Source: Phoronis australis (taxonomy: Eukaryota > Animalia > Phoronida). Taken from it: a stretch of DNA of 64,000 nucleotides. The position numbers were made by a program, and so were the translations under genes. Where the stretch lies: assembly GCA_002633005.1 (NCBI GenBank), contig NMRA01000054.1, positions 1,169,535-1,233,534 on the forward strand, read 5' to 3'. This document shows positions 48,851 through 61,669 of this stretch, one piece after another (the stretch's first letter is position 1; every line of letters begins with the position of its first letter). Below the pieces are notes generated by a model. The model did not search any database, was not told the DNA's origin, and worked only from the letters and a program-made list of their open reading frames with translations.

Positions 48851-51800
48851 CGATAACAGGATGAGACACTAACCCCTGGAACTTCATCCGTTGTAACGTA
48901 CTACGACAACTGCATTGCTAACTATGATCATATGCAAAAAGACGTCATAGATGAACCAAAGCGGCTGAACTTTACCGTAGAAACGCGCGTTACGCAGTCA
49001 CCCTGTCATGGATTTATGTCGTGCAATTTTTGGGTCGTACCACTGAGAAAAGTTTAATCCGATACTTACATATGCATCAGAAGGCATCATTTTGGGCTTA
49101 GTAATCCGTAACTTATTGTAAGTTTAATGTATTTTTCTTTGTGTCCATGCATGATTAAGGCTTGCGGTAGGTAAAACTTGTTCTATGAAACTTTTTTTAA
49201 CCAGTAACCATGCATTTTGTATAATTACGAAGGGTACGGTTAAAATTCGTAGTTACCTTAAAACCCCAAATATGATACAATGGGTTCATAAACGAAGTAA
49301 TGCATTTTCTGGAAACCTATAAAATGTAAAGTTCCCAAATGTAATGCCATGGCCTCGTATTGGAGTATTAGGCCGTTGGTTCGAGTGTGAGACCACTCTT
49401 ATTGTGTTCTTGCTCTTTGCCACTCATTCAACACTTCCCGAGTTATAATACTGGGTAACGTTTCCGAAACCTCGCATTCGAATATGAGGCCGTTGGTTCG
49501 GGTGTAAAGCCAACCTTATTTTGTTCTTGCTTTTCCATTCATTGAAGACTTGCTACGTTATAAACTGATTGGTTTTACGGTAAAACATTCTACTGTACAA
49601 GGTCTTTTCTGAGTCACACTGTCGCACGAAATGTGTATAAATTCCAGTGGAGTTGCTTTGCTACCTGAGTTTTCCTTATCTTCGTGCCGGGCAGTTTCTG
49701 GGGCATCTTGAAATATCACATGCAGCCGCAAGCCAAAATAGGCCTTGAACGCTTTTTCGGAAACAAGAAACGCCACTGAACAAGTTTTGGGCAACTGCCT
49801 GTACCTGTTTGAAAGGGTGTTTACTTGGCTGACCTGGTTATTAAACAAAACAAAGGACCCCACAAAACGTCCATGTTTTTCAAAAACCATTCAATTGCTT
49901 AACATGGTACAGTTGTCACCAAAGTATCTGGTGCCTCAATTATTTGAGAAAGTGGTTAGTGCATGAGCCTTAGCTTTGCAATCAGTCACATGCGCGTGGT
50001 CTCCTTGTATAAACGTAGGCACGCGCCTTTTTGCGGAATAATGCGTTTCATTGGCAACATTTTTATATTCAAATATCACCCACATAGGCGTATGTGTATA
50101 AGCTACGCAATCAGACGCAGCTTCACAAATTGGGTCATGCGCACAGCTGCATGGTTTTACTGTAAAACAAAACATTTTTGCAAATTCCGTATTAATCGTG
50201 CACATTTTCAGGGGTGCAGGATGATCCATCGATTCATGATGTTAACCTCATATTTATACGTAGTTCTCCAAGTGCCGTTTGTTGTTATTGTTAAGCGTAA
50301 ATTTGAGTATTTTATATCATGTAGTGCGTCTTTAGTGAAACGTTCCATCACCGTAGCTAGAATATTCCACTGACGCAACTTAAGTTGTCGTNTGTCTGGG
50401 TAATACCTTATTAAGTATTCAATTTAAGTCCTTTTTTCGAAGCTCATTTATTTGAGAAAAGCTCATTTCAAATGAGAAGGTGTTTTTAGTGAAACGTTCC
50501 ATCACCGTAGCTAGAATATTCCACTGACGCAACTTAAGTTGTCGTGACAATTCGTACCTTTGTTTCAATCTGGACAATTTATTAGAATTAGGGCCTGCAG
50601 CGCTGACTCAAATTATCAGAATCTCAAAGTTATGACAGTTTGGGACGTTGTGATAATTTGAACCTGCACAGCGCCTTTGTTGCTGTATGTCAAGTCACGC
50701 TTTGGCCAAAAAAATCATCGTTCAAATGACGTCGTATGGAGGTCGCAAGGTATCGTTAAATTTGCGAGATCCAAGCGCCGTGGCATGGTTATCACCTGTA
50801 GGGCGCTACCACTGTTTTCCTTTGTTGCGTCTTTGTTGGATATAACAATACAGGTCGCTCGGATACCGTACCTTGGGCGCACATCAGCCAGTTACCGATA
50901 AATGCTTTCCCTAGAAGAAAGAAAAACAAAGCGCACAATGGATACGCCATTCAACCGGTCTCTCAGCGACTAGCTTACGACCTAGTGTCCTGTAATTCAA
51001 TTTTCTACCTACTTTAGTATCGAGTAATATGTTTGTCGAACTGTTAATCTAACCGAAATTTTTACCTCGATTGTCAAAGCCCAGTCTCGAATAGCGGACA
51101 CTTATTTCATTTCTTCAAATGCCGACTGCGTTTGTCAGGAACCATTATATCCAATTTTAGTGATGCTAACTCTAGTTTAACAATGCTTATTTCTGTCTTG
51201 TCTCTTCCAAAATTATGAAACCTTTGTACCGTTGTGATTCGTCAATTATTTCGGTCCAGTGTCCGACTCCATTCTCTGTGCCGGCTGTGGTCGTGAACTC
51301 AAATTACTTCCGTGGCATCTGAATCCCGTTTTCTACTATTGGGCATTGACTTATCAGTGAATAGCATGCATTCCCACAACACCTTGGACAAGAATAAATT
51401 GAGGGAAACTTGCTGCAATCACATGCATTATCTCAGCCACAATTTGATGCTCGATATGTTCCTTCTTGCTATGTTCCCAGAAATACAGCAAGATAATTGC
51501 TCTATGCCTCATCAAATGGACTAGACTTTGTTTTAAAGAATCACATATTTTTCCTGAATATAGAATTTAGTTCAGTGTCAACACGTTTGTTTTCAATCTC
51601 TATTCATTGCTGCTGCTCAGACGATTTTCCCAATGCCAGTGATACCTTCTTCCGCCACCATTTCTCTTGTCACTCTAATCCCACTTTCCTTAAGATCGAT
51701 GCTATGCGTGATTTCTTGCTGTGTACCAAGTCCAGAAACGACACTTTGCAGGGGGATCGGAAATCAGTGGCAACCTGTGGGCACTTTTCAAAAAGGTGCA

Positions 51801-52849
51801 AACGCAAAACTGGATTAAGTTTCGACTGGGAGGAGGATTTTTTGCAATTAACAGGGCACTTGGCTCCGTTGTGCCGCCGTAACCGTGCCACTATTACCAG
51901 TTACTGACAACATACAATTACACACTGTTTTGCCTTTGATAGGCTACCTTTCGGCTTTCACATAGGGCGATAGCCTCACCACTAGTCAACATGAAACTGA
52001 AAAGGCCGACACTGTGACGGCTGTTTCCAAATCTCGAATGAAGGTCCATTGCTTCTTTGAGGAAGAGCTTTTGTATAAAAAATGACGTCAGAAATCAGGC
52101 TCATTGGTTTTAGGTCTTATAGGATCAACTGGATGACTAATAAAACCCGTTGACCCTACCAGATCATAACGGAACTAGTAAGCACTGAGTCGATTAGGCA
52201 TGGGAAATAAGGACTACCTAAGGCCCGGTAATTCTTATCCCGGGGAAATATAAGAACAGGAGAACATAGAGCCGGTGTAACATTGGACGTAGAGCACAAT
52301 GCTAACCTGCCCGAGGACATGGAGACAGAGGAACAGCGGTTGGGGAAAGATGGGTGAGAAGAATATAGAGTGGGTACCGGAAACACAAACATAGACCGCC
52401 AAAGAGGGTTACAAAACATTTTGTCATATTCAGAAAAAAACCTTTTTCTTTTCGAAACTGCACTTAAAATGATGCCTAGCTAGTTTCATGACTGTTTCAG
52501 CTATGTTGCTCACACGACTTACATGTCTTGTGACGCTGAAGATTATGTAATTTCTAACTTCCTACGACCTTATGATACACATTCTCGTTATCTTCTAAAG
52601 ACATCCATTCTTCACACTGACTTCTGCTCATGTCAGTGGCAAGAAATAAATCATATGATCAGATGAATTTACGGTTCAAGAGCCATTCTACGTAAAAAGC
52701 AGTATTAAGATCAAATGGGTAATTGTTAATGCACTTTTCACAGGGACTATCGTGTTCAATCATATCTTGCGTGGCCACTTCACCCAAAGACTCGTCAATC
52801 GAAAGTTTGGTTCAATAAATCTTTGAAATAGCCGTGTCATTTCTACAGA

Positions 52850-53260
52850 TTAATTTTGGAATATTGGATTCAATTAATTTCCAAAACACCTTAGGATTAT
52901 TTTCGAAACGTTTAATAGCTTCAATAAGTTGGATTTCATATGCTTTCTCTTTCTGTTTAAACAGATCACGGGCAGCCTTCTTTTTATTTTATACGCATTG
53001 AGGTAAAAGACAAAAGAAATACAACGAATTGTATCGTAGTTACTAATTATGAAATTGGTTGAATATCTAGAGAATGCTTTTAGAGAGTGGGAATTAATCC
53101 TATTTAGAACAGAGATTGTTATTTCGTTGTAGTAAATAAGACGAAGAATTTCAAACCTGATACACGCTCTTGATGACAATTTGTCGGATGAGGGACTTAA
53201 ATTTTGGGTTGTATTTTTGGAATACTGGTAGAATAGTGATTCAAGTACTCAAGAACTCTA
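52850..53260 (-). mobile_element. LINE ORF2 linker relic (L2/CR1/Jockey-like)
   Basis: Minus strand KQKEKAYEIQLIEAIKRFENNPKVFWKLI matches the NPKxFW motif found between the endonuclease and RT. Confidence 0.55.
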
Positions 53261-53641
53261 ATATGTCTAGGCGGTTTATGTTGGATCGGTCTGATAAAGA
53301 GGTTGTTAGTGAGTAACCACATCGAATTCTACACAAAATGGCAAAAATAACTAACGCTATGGCGGCAAAACGCACAATAAAGACACACACGTATAACGTT
53401 CGTATCGTGTTCTAATGATATAATACAATTCCCGCCCTTTTTATCTTAAACTATCCTTCTGATTTCGGATACGTCGTCCAATATGATGGTCTGCCGTTCC
53501 AGTCTGAGATCCATTTGATGCGTCCACTTATATGTGTTGTCACTGTTTTGTCCGGTTGTCCGTGTGTATCCTCTACATGTATATCTCAAAAACCCCTGTT
53601 CGAATCTTGATGAAATTTCGAACAAGGACATCACAAAAACA

Positions 53642-54744
53642 GGGATTGTTCCAAAACCCCTCGACACCCCACACCCCCTCGACCCACGAACCCCTCGACC
53701 CACCACTTACATTACCCAAAGCCAGGTTCGGCTCCGTCAGGTTATCGGCTCACCTTCGGGTTCATTGGGTCTGGCTGGTACCTAAGAACACTGTACAGCT
53801 GTACAAACCGGCACAAATTGCAGCAGACAACCACACGTTTTAAACGCAACACGAACAAGGCGTATATAATCGAAAGTGGAACAACGCACCTTTTCTGAGA
53901 GAAACGGCAGGTAGACCTCCTAAGCATCAAAACAGGCCGATGCCCCTTTCGTCCAATAGCAGGACAAGAAGGCCGACGATGTTCACTAATCACGTCGAAC
54001 TACTTTTCAGTTTGACGGATCGAGAGTGCGAGTAGACCTGGCCAGAGAAGTTGGCACGCGAGCTGGCACGCGCTCTGTCTGCACGAGACCTGCTGTGGGG
54101 AGCCAGAGGGTACTACACTAACATGTTCGTCCGCTGTAACAATGTTTCAAGCAACAAAACTCAAAATTCTAATTTATTACATCAAGACATGGCCTGTGCA
54201 ACACTGAAATAAGTAGGGGGCTATTGCTCCCCAAGTCACCTATGGTGCACCGCCCATGAAAGATTTTCAAAAGGGTGAAATGAATTAAACGTCATTAACG
54301 ACAGTCCCATATCTGACACTGAATAATTACAATAAAGACACAAAATCGAAGACAAGAAAGCAGGAATCATGATGAAATGCACAACGTTCAACTAAGAATT
54401 AAACTGATTTTATCTCAGAAAACACTTTTAATTAGAAGTTGTTCGGAGCTTTTTTATAAAAAAACTTCGACTTTCTTACGTGAATGTGTTTTTCTTTTGC
54501 TTTTATTTTCGCAAAAAATTGCGAGGTCAATGATTGCCAAACTCTCTGTTAAACCACGTGATGGCAGTTAAGTTTTAAAAGAATGTCACTCCGCGACGTT
54601 ATACGATTAAGAAATAAGTAAAAAGCGCAAGTATACCTCTATTGCCAAAGTCGTGGGTCGAAGGGGTCATGGGTCGAGGGGGTCCTGGGTAGAGGGAGCC
54701 GTGGGTCAAAGAGGTTGTGGGTCGAGGGGTTTTAGAACAATCCC
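53642..54744. mobile_element. MITE with ~24-bp TIRs and subterminal CCCCTCGACCCAC repeats
   Basis: gggattgttccaaaacccctcgac ... gtcgaggggttttagaacaatccc (1 mismatch), with inverted repeat arrays inside both ends. Confidence 0.85.
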
Positions 54745-55721
54745 TAGAGCGGTTCATGCCACTTTTCATTCTGGCCCGCCCTTTGCTGTATTTCTTGGGG
54801 GAAAAGCGTTTCCGGGTGATATCTAAAGAACGTATTGACGGATTTCGGTGAAACTTGACACAAAGGTGTGTGAGACGAATGCGCCTGTACGATTATATTT
54901 TTGGGCGGATTCACCCTAGAGTCAGCAGTATCACGTAGGTGATCCTCTGCTCGTTAACCTGGCAATTGATGAAAAGAGGCAACCTTTTTTAGTCGTACCT
55001 ATGACGAAATGCGCACCCTGAGGCTTGGAAGCCCACCACAGAATGATCCGTACATATTACGTATTCAATATCTACTGGCTGTGATGCTTTGGACTACTGC
55101 TATCATAACGTTTTTCGTAAAACATGGTTAATGCAATCTCTTAAAACCAATGATCAAACCCGTTTTACTCAATTATTGAGATTTTATATTTTTTACATTT
55201 CACGGTATGATTTTTTGATGAGGTGTGAAATGTGTAAATATGGCTTCGTGTGTACAAACCCTAGGTAAAGGGATATAAATGTTTTCTTTGGGACTTACTT
55301 TCAGATTGATGGTACATGAAGGACATTGCTTATGAGTGCAAGCTTTGGAGTATCAAGGGGGAGGGGAGGTGGGGGGAGGCTGGCACTGTTCATTGCCTCT
55401 CGGTTGACATGGTTCGTCAACTGTGCGTCGGTTCCCCTGTTAATCGCAAAGTGACCCCAACTTGACACTCATTTCACCCCCTTCCCCCTGTCGCCAACAA
55501 TTCCGCGTTTGCTGTACCAAGTGAAACACTGCTGCTTATGGCAGTAAGTGCGAGGATTTAATTTGTTCTATTTGATTTTGTATAGACGGCAAGTATACCA
55601 CAGATGCTAAGTCGTCTTATTGTTCACAGAAAAGTACAAACCTGCTCTTGATGAGCTGCGGTCGTGTGTATAACAGAAACACGTGCAAATTTAAAAGAAA
55701 TAACCAATTATCTTTTAACAG

Positions 55722-55866
55722 CTATTCGGCTTGATTTCGGGAAAAGTCTTAATCAGGGAGCCATACAAGTTTATATGCACCACGAAGGAACATGGGGCTA
55801 TATTTGCTGGAACGACAACTGGAATTTAAAAGCCGCTGAAGTTGCTTGCAAGCAGCTAGGATTCTA
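55722..55866 (+). CDS. Host gene exon: SRCR domain 2, first half
   Basis: Acceptor tcttttaacag|, donor |gtaagt, phase 1/2 as in SRCR1. TIRLDFGKSLNQGAIQVYMHHEGTWGYICWNDNWNLKAAEVACKQLGF. Confidence 0.92.
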
Positions 55867-56866
55867 GTAAGTTTGTCATAGTTTGATGTTGTTATTTTTA
55901 AAACTATCGCATGATTTTGTACAGTCACATCTCGTAACGATACCTGTGACTGACAAATTGCACTTTTAAAATTCCATGTGTAGTCCTCTGCACACATGTC
56001 TTGGTTTCAGGGCTCCGTTTCATGAAACTGTTTTAGTCTTAAACCAAAACAACAATACTGTTATTCCATCACATGTCACGCTGCCCTTGTTGAGCAATGC
56101 TGTTGACGTCATGTCAGCAACCAAACTTGAGACTTAACCTTTGAGGAAACGAGGTCCAGATATTCCATAAAGTATATACCAAAAATATTAGGACATAACA
56201 GCCCGGTTAGGCTTTCGTGCTTTTTCTCCATTACACTAACTTGATTTTCTGACGGCAGTGTTCCTTAAAACAGTTATCTAACCAAGTCTTTGTGTTTCTG
56301 TTTCAATTTCCCATTCAATTCCTGTATTATTTACGGAAGATTTCATTGTGCGCGGCAATTAACCGCCATGATTTTAAAGTCCTTTGCACGTTGCGTGTGA
56401 CGTAACATTCAGCGGGACTTGAACGAGGCTAACCAGAAACTGATATTGTTGCTCATTTTTTCTTTTACCATTACTGAAAACTGGTCACTTTGGCATATTT
56501 GACGGGTCTTATCTGCTTAAGTGTCTGATGTACAGCGATGATGAATCAGGTAAATAGTTTACTGAACTCTCAATGAACGGCTGTGAATCAAATGAATGAA
56601 TCAATGGGCTTCATATTAATTTGAGCTTCGTTAAGGTAGGTTATGACTCTGACTTTAATTGCATTCCATCAGTGTATAGACGTTGTTCACGGCATCAGCG
56701 GCCCTGATTGGGGCACATGTCGAATATTGAGCCTTCACATCAGAGAACCAGATACATCCGCTGAATAACTGTCTGATAAAAAACCAGTGTTGCCTGATTA
56801 TCAAAATTAGGTACACCTATTTAGCTAGCGCCGCACCTTACTTAAGTTATTAAGTTATTCAAGTAT

Positions 56867-59800
56867 TAGTCCGTGGGCCAGATCTCATAGCGTTCATCCT
56901 TGTGAGTACTTTAGGGGGGGGGGGGGCAACCTAGTTTTATCTATGTGGCTAGACAATATACCTATAAATCAAATTCCAAAAAGTTCCCACGTCTACACTT
57001 GCACATTTTTTTAAAACAAGATGTTTTTGTTGCACAAAATATGATGCACATTCCTGCCACTTGGTGGCGCTTTTCTATTGAATTGACCAATCAGAGAGCC
57101 AGATTGTATTGTTGTGCTTAGTTACTTCAATATGGCTGCTCCCATGGAGTGTGATGCCTGAATAATTCAAGGTTTATCAAACAGCACAAAATTGTGATGC
57201 CAGAGCCTAAAGAAGCTTAGGAAAGCTTCCTGACGAAATCTGATGGACTGTGGAACTCTGTAGATCAGTAGATAAAAAAGAAGAAGAGGTGTCACAAACG
57301 TTTGTCAAGAAAACAGCTGCATGTCCTGGTATAGCCTACACAGTATACTGCTGAGTGCTGTAGACTAGAAGACCAAGTGTCAGACCAAAAAATTGAAAGG
57401 ACATAGAACGGCATAGCAACGTTTCAAGGCAACAGCAGTATTACTAAAGCTGAAGTTGGTGAAAGTGATACAGATGTTATCCAAGATTTCCAAAGAAAGT
57501 CAATTATACTTCCAATATCTGAAACACCCAATTAACCTGAACAAGATAGGAACATTCTGAAACATGAGTGCATCATTTGTTAGCAGGAAAAGTATATTAT
57601 GGACCACATTTCAAGAAAGAGCAAGTATAGCTTTCAAATACAGGTACGTGTTTTTGAAAGCTACATCTTGGTGTTTTCCAGTGTGTTTCAATATTATCAC
57701 CAGTTGTTTTTTAACTTGTTCAGCCCCTTGGATGCCTAGGCCTTAGAAAATACCGCTGACCCAGTAGAGACGGTGATCATACCATAGGTACTCCATATGC
57801 CGGATGCTTTTCGGCAAATTATGTTCCTATAAGTTTAGAAGTACCGCGTAGAGAGATGCCTCTGAGGAGGTCGTTAACAAATACTCATGCAATCCTATTT
57901 TTCGAACACTCCATTGTTCAGTTGCCACATCGACACTGCTTGCACTAGCGGATAATCATATGGCGTTATACTGTGGTTGTGATTTTAAAGCACTTTGAGT
58001 CAAAAATTTCTGAGAAGGTTAAATGGAGTAGATGGTTGCAAACAACATTCCCAAGTGACCGTCATCCCCTGTCGTAGTCCTGGGATAGGGGGAACCTCTT
58101 CTCAATTTTTTGTAAACATTAATTACTTAGGTAGCTACAATGATAATTAAATTAAAGTGCCTAAGAGGCCATCGTCGCTCTCGTTATTTGAGGACGATAG
58201 AAGGCACTGTCCATTTCGTCAAACGTCGATTACTTTAAGTGTAAATCGATTGACTATGGTTTGAACATTAAATTTCAATCACTGCACTGGTATATCAGCT
58301 GATTTATTTTCAGTTGCATCAACTAATCTAATTATTAGATGATCAACATTTTTAGGCGACAGATCAGACGGCATGCAAATTTGTTAGGCTGGTGATGGAT
58401 CAGTTCCTGATAAGTTCATCTGAAAAAGTTGCATGCCAACTCACTCATAGTTGAATGTTAAATTAGTGTTAACAGTTCGGGATTTTTCAATCGCAAGCAA
58501 CAGCTCAGTCCAGAGCCCTGAATATGCAAATGAAATTCAAAGATAAAGACCTTGTGTCTTAGAAGCCAAGTACCACAGATCATCATGCTATAAAAAATAG
58601 AAAGACAAAGATTGTGAAGAGTGACGAATCCACAGTTTTCAGAGATGTTTCTCTACAGTTTTGTTTGGAGTTCATTGAATCAAAGCTTCTAGCACATGGA
58701 GATGTCATTTCCCTTTCAAAACTAAAGCAAGACTTTGAAGCTGTTCTTCAGAAAGCTGGTGTGCATGAAGTTATTTGGACAGGCAATCTTAAGAAATATT
58801 GTTGAAGCTACTCACTGTTGTAGTTTGTGCCCGACTAAGAGATACGAAATTGAATTGAGGCTAGTGTTCAATAATTCACTTGCTGACTCTAATTAACACA
58901 GCCCATTATAACATGTTTTGAATCAAACGTTTGCCCAAATCCTGCCCTTCTCCAAACAAGGACTTAGTGTTTGACCCTTCATTGCCTGCGGACCAATCAC
59001 CAGTGTGCAGTGCTGTACCCTCTCTAATCGACCATAGTTGGCTCCTTGGCGGTGGAGCTTTGCAGCTAAAATATATGACAGTGCTTGCATCTCCATTGAC
59101 AGTACTAAACGATGAACGCTGCAAGTGCAAAAAGAACATGTGTGCTGGGAGACTGAGTTTGTGCTGCAATGCTGGGTCAAACTGTACAGAAATGTGCAGC
59201 TGTGACAACTGTAGTAACATCAGCAACACTGACTGCATAACATTGGATAGTTCTTTGACAAGTCAACCCTAAATAGACCTCTAACCTCGTTATTTCGTTT
59301 TTTGTATTAAAAAGTTAATTTTATTTGTTGATTAAGTCACAGAAAGTACATAATTTGATCATTGTCATGTATTTGTCTCATACTGCTTGATAAACGCTGT
59401 CAGAATAATCTATTAATTTCATACAGTCTGTGTGCACATTCACAGAGATCATTCCACTGTATTGTTTTGTACTATAACGTATTTCTGGTGTATTATACAA
59501 ACAAGCTGTATTTTACACCATTAGTCAATGTTTTAGTCATTGAGGCACAAATTTTGCCCAGTCTCAAGTGTTTTGTGTTATTTTTGTTACCAGATAATGC
59601 CAGAATAACTTCCTAGTAACATCCAGACTTAGTTTGCATTTTTGCCACTAGGTGTCTCTTTACATTTTTTAAATTTCACTGTTTACAATTAATCTACAAT
59701 AGTAAAACATGTAATGTGAGTGTAATATTGTTCAATACAATGGCACTGATGGGACCATATTACTTGTTTTACAAAAAAGTCACCAAAACTGTTTTTACAA

Positions 59801-59996
59801 ATATAAGTTCACTAAGCTCTTTGGTGATTATTAGCTAACTTCAAACTCAAATTTCGTGCAACTTTATATGTGGGAACTTTTTAGATTTTGAAAACACTCT
59901 AATAAATGAATTAAAAAACACCAAAAGAAAATTGCCCCAATAAGTACTCACAAAAACCATTTTCCAGAGGCCCTACAAATTCTGGCCCACCGACTA
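56867..59996 (+). mobile_element. Academ DNA transposon, internally deleted
   Basis: TIRs tagtc(c/g)gtgggccaga with further subterminal similarity (tgtgagtact / agtactcaca), TAG...CTA termini and a 3-bp TSD tat. Cys-rich transposase tail CKCKKNMC...CTEMCSCDNCSN at ~59119-59220. Confidence 0.88.
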
Positions 59997-61669
59997 TATG
60001 GGAGCACTGGTGATTTTAGTACCCCTGTGAAGACGCCAGTGTTTTCACACCGATCACATTCGTCCCACATTGTTCATCCCCGACTGGGATTAACACAGAT
60101 GCCATTGTCCTGATTTTCACAATGTCAATTTTTCTCGGCCGTAACAATACTTTCAAACCCTCCCCCAGTCCCAGGGGATTCACCATCCCAGCACTGTCTG
60201 ATCAGTTGGTTCTGGGGACGATAAGACCGTATTACATTTCAGGATATATACATGGGTCTGACCTCCTCTATATGGTTCGTGATTATCAGCTCGAGTTTAC
60301 TGGCACAGTTGTCTTCGACAAGTTTTTAATCTCTTAACACTGAACTTAAAGTAACTCAAAACTGTAGTTGTACTGTTAATAAAGCTGCGTGAATAACCCA
60401 TAAGTAATTACCCTTAGTTCAAGTTTTATGCCAAATTAACCTGCAAAACCAAGGAATCTTAGAAAGAAAGAGCGGTCTTATTCGTATGTCGCTCTGAGCA
60501 TGAAAACTAGGCATTTCAAAGCAAAACCTTTACAGCGTTTTGAGACACTCATTTAAAAAAGTTTCAGTGAAATCGGCAGGGAGACGAGCGTTATTTTGCT
60601 ATGAATGTACCTTTCTTGCACATGAAAATTTGACTTAAATACATCACGTCGGGTCACGTGACAATAATAAAGACTCAGTGGTAAGAAGCATTTTTAGAAT
60701 CCTCGCTCTTTCTCCTTTCAGAAAGTTAGTATACACTTTTAATGGTTTACTAAGCGAAGTTTTTTTAGTATTTGACTTAGAATTCAGGTCGTTCATTAAG
60801 GTTCTACATAACCTTAAACCATTTTCTGCAAATAATTACGTGGGTCCGATAGGACGGCACTTCACTTTTTATGAAACCGATGCAAGTTTCATGTCAACAC
60901 GGTCTGTTGACATATTGTCGTGCTGGTGACACTGTTTGTCGGGTATGAGAATATATGCAGTAAACACTGGCACATATTGTCGCCAACAATTATGTTGAAA
61001 CGTGTAGTGTGTTTTCCACGATTTTTGGCCCTTCGGCAGACGAGGTTGCAACAAGTTGAACGGGGCAATAAACTGGGAGATGGTGTGTGATTATTCACTA
61101 TAGCGTTGATTTTGCAAACATTACAATTTAGTGTTTCACTTCCCCCAACTTTCGTTTCTGTTTTCTCAAACACCGGATCCGCATTCTGGCCCCTTGAAAC
61201 ATCCATCACCTCATCTACCAGGATTGTCCCTCGTCTACGTCTGGATATTCCCATTCCTTTACATAAGCCTGGTTTCAGTGTGCTGTAGGCCCATGTAGAC
61301 ATTCATGTAATTTCGCCAAAAGGCATATGGTTTTAGGGGAGATGTTATTTGCCATCACGAAACAGCAAATGTTGCTGCACTCGACGCGTATTGTCGTACC
61401 CTGGGGGCGACAATATGTGTTGGGTGCGAAAATACTATGCCGAGAATACCAACACATGTGTCGCCCAAGCGACAATATGTGTCGATGTTAACAGCATATA
61501 CGTGAATAGCTGCACTGAATAATATACTTCAGCTGTGAAAGTATGTGTCAGAACAAGGTCAGACGTTGCATCAATCCAAATGCAGGGGATGAGAACTGAG
61601 CACGTTGAAGCAATTATCACCATTGACGCGCACGGTGCAAAAAACGACAAAAGCACGATACAATGTTTT

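Noticed and set aside
48603-48887. His/Thr-rich and Cys/Val-rich ORFs
   Set aside because: These are translations of the TG/CA microsatellite.
49345-49560. Two ~118-bp tandem units with a GGTTCG B-box-like motif
   Set aside because: No convincing A box or cloverleaf; too degraded to call a SINE or tRNA.
50331-50545. Exact ~61-bp direct duplication (50331-50391 and 50485-50545)
   Set aside because: The first copy ends right at an N (~50392), so this is most likely a contig-join artefact.
58931-59272. Cys-rich ORF as a metallothionein/tesmin host gene or an extra host exon
   Set aside because: It lies inside Academ TIRs and matches the Cys-rich C-terminus typical of Academ transposases.
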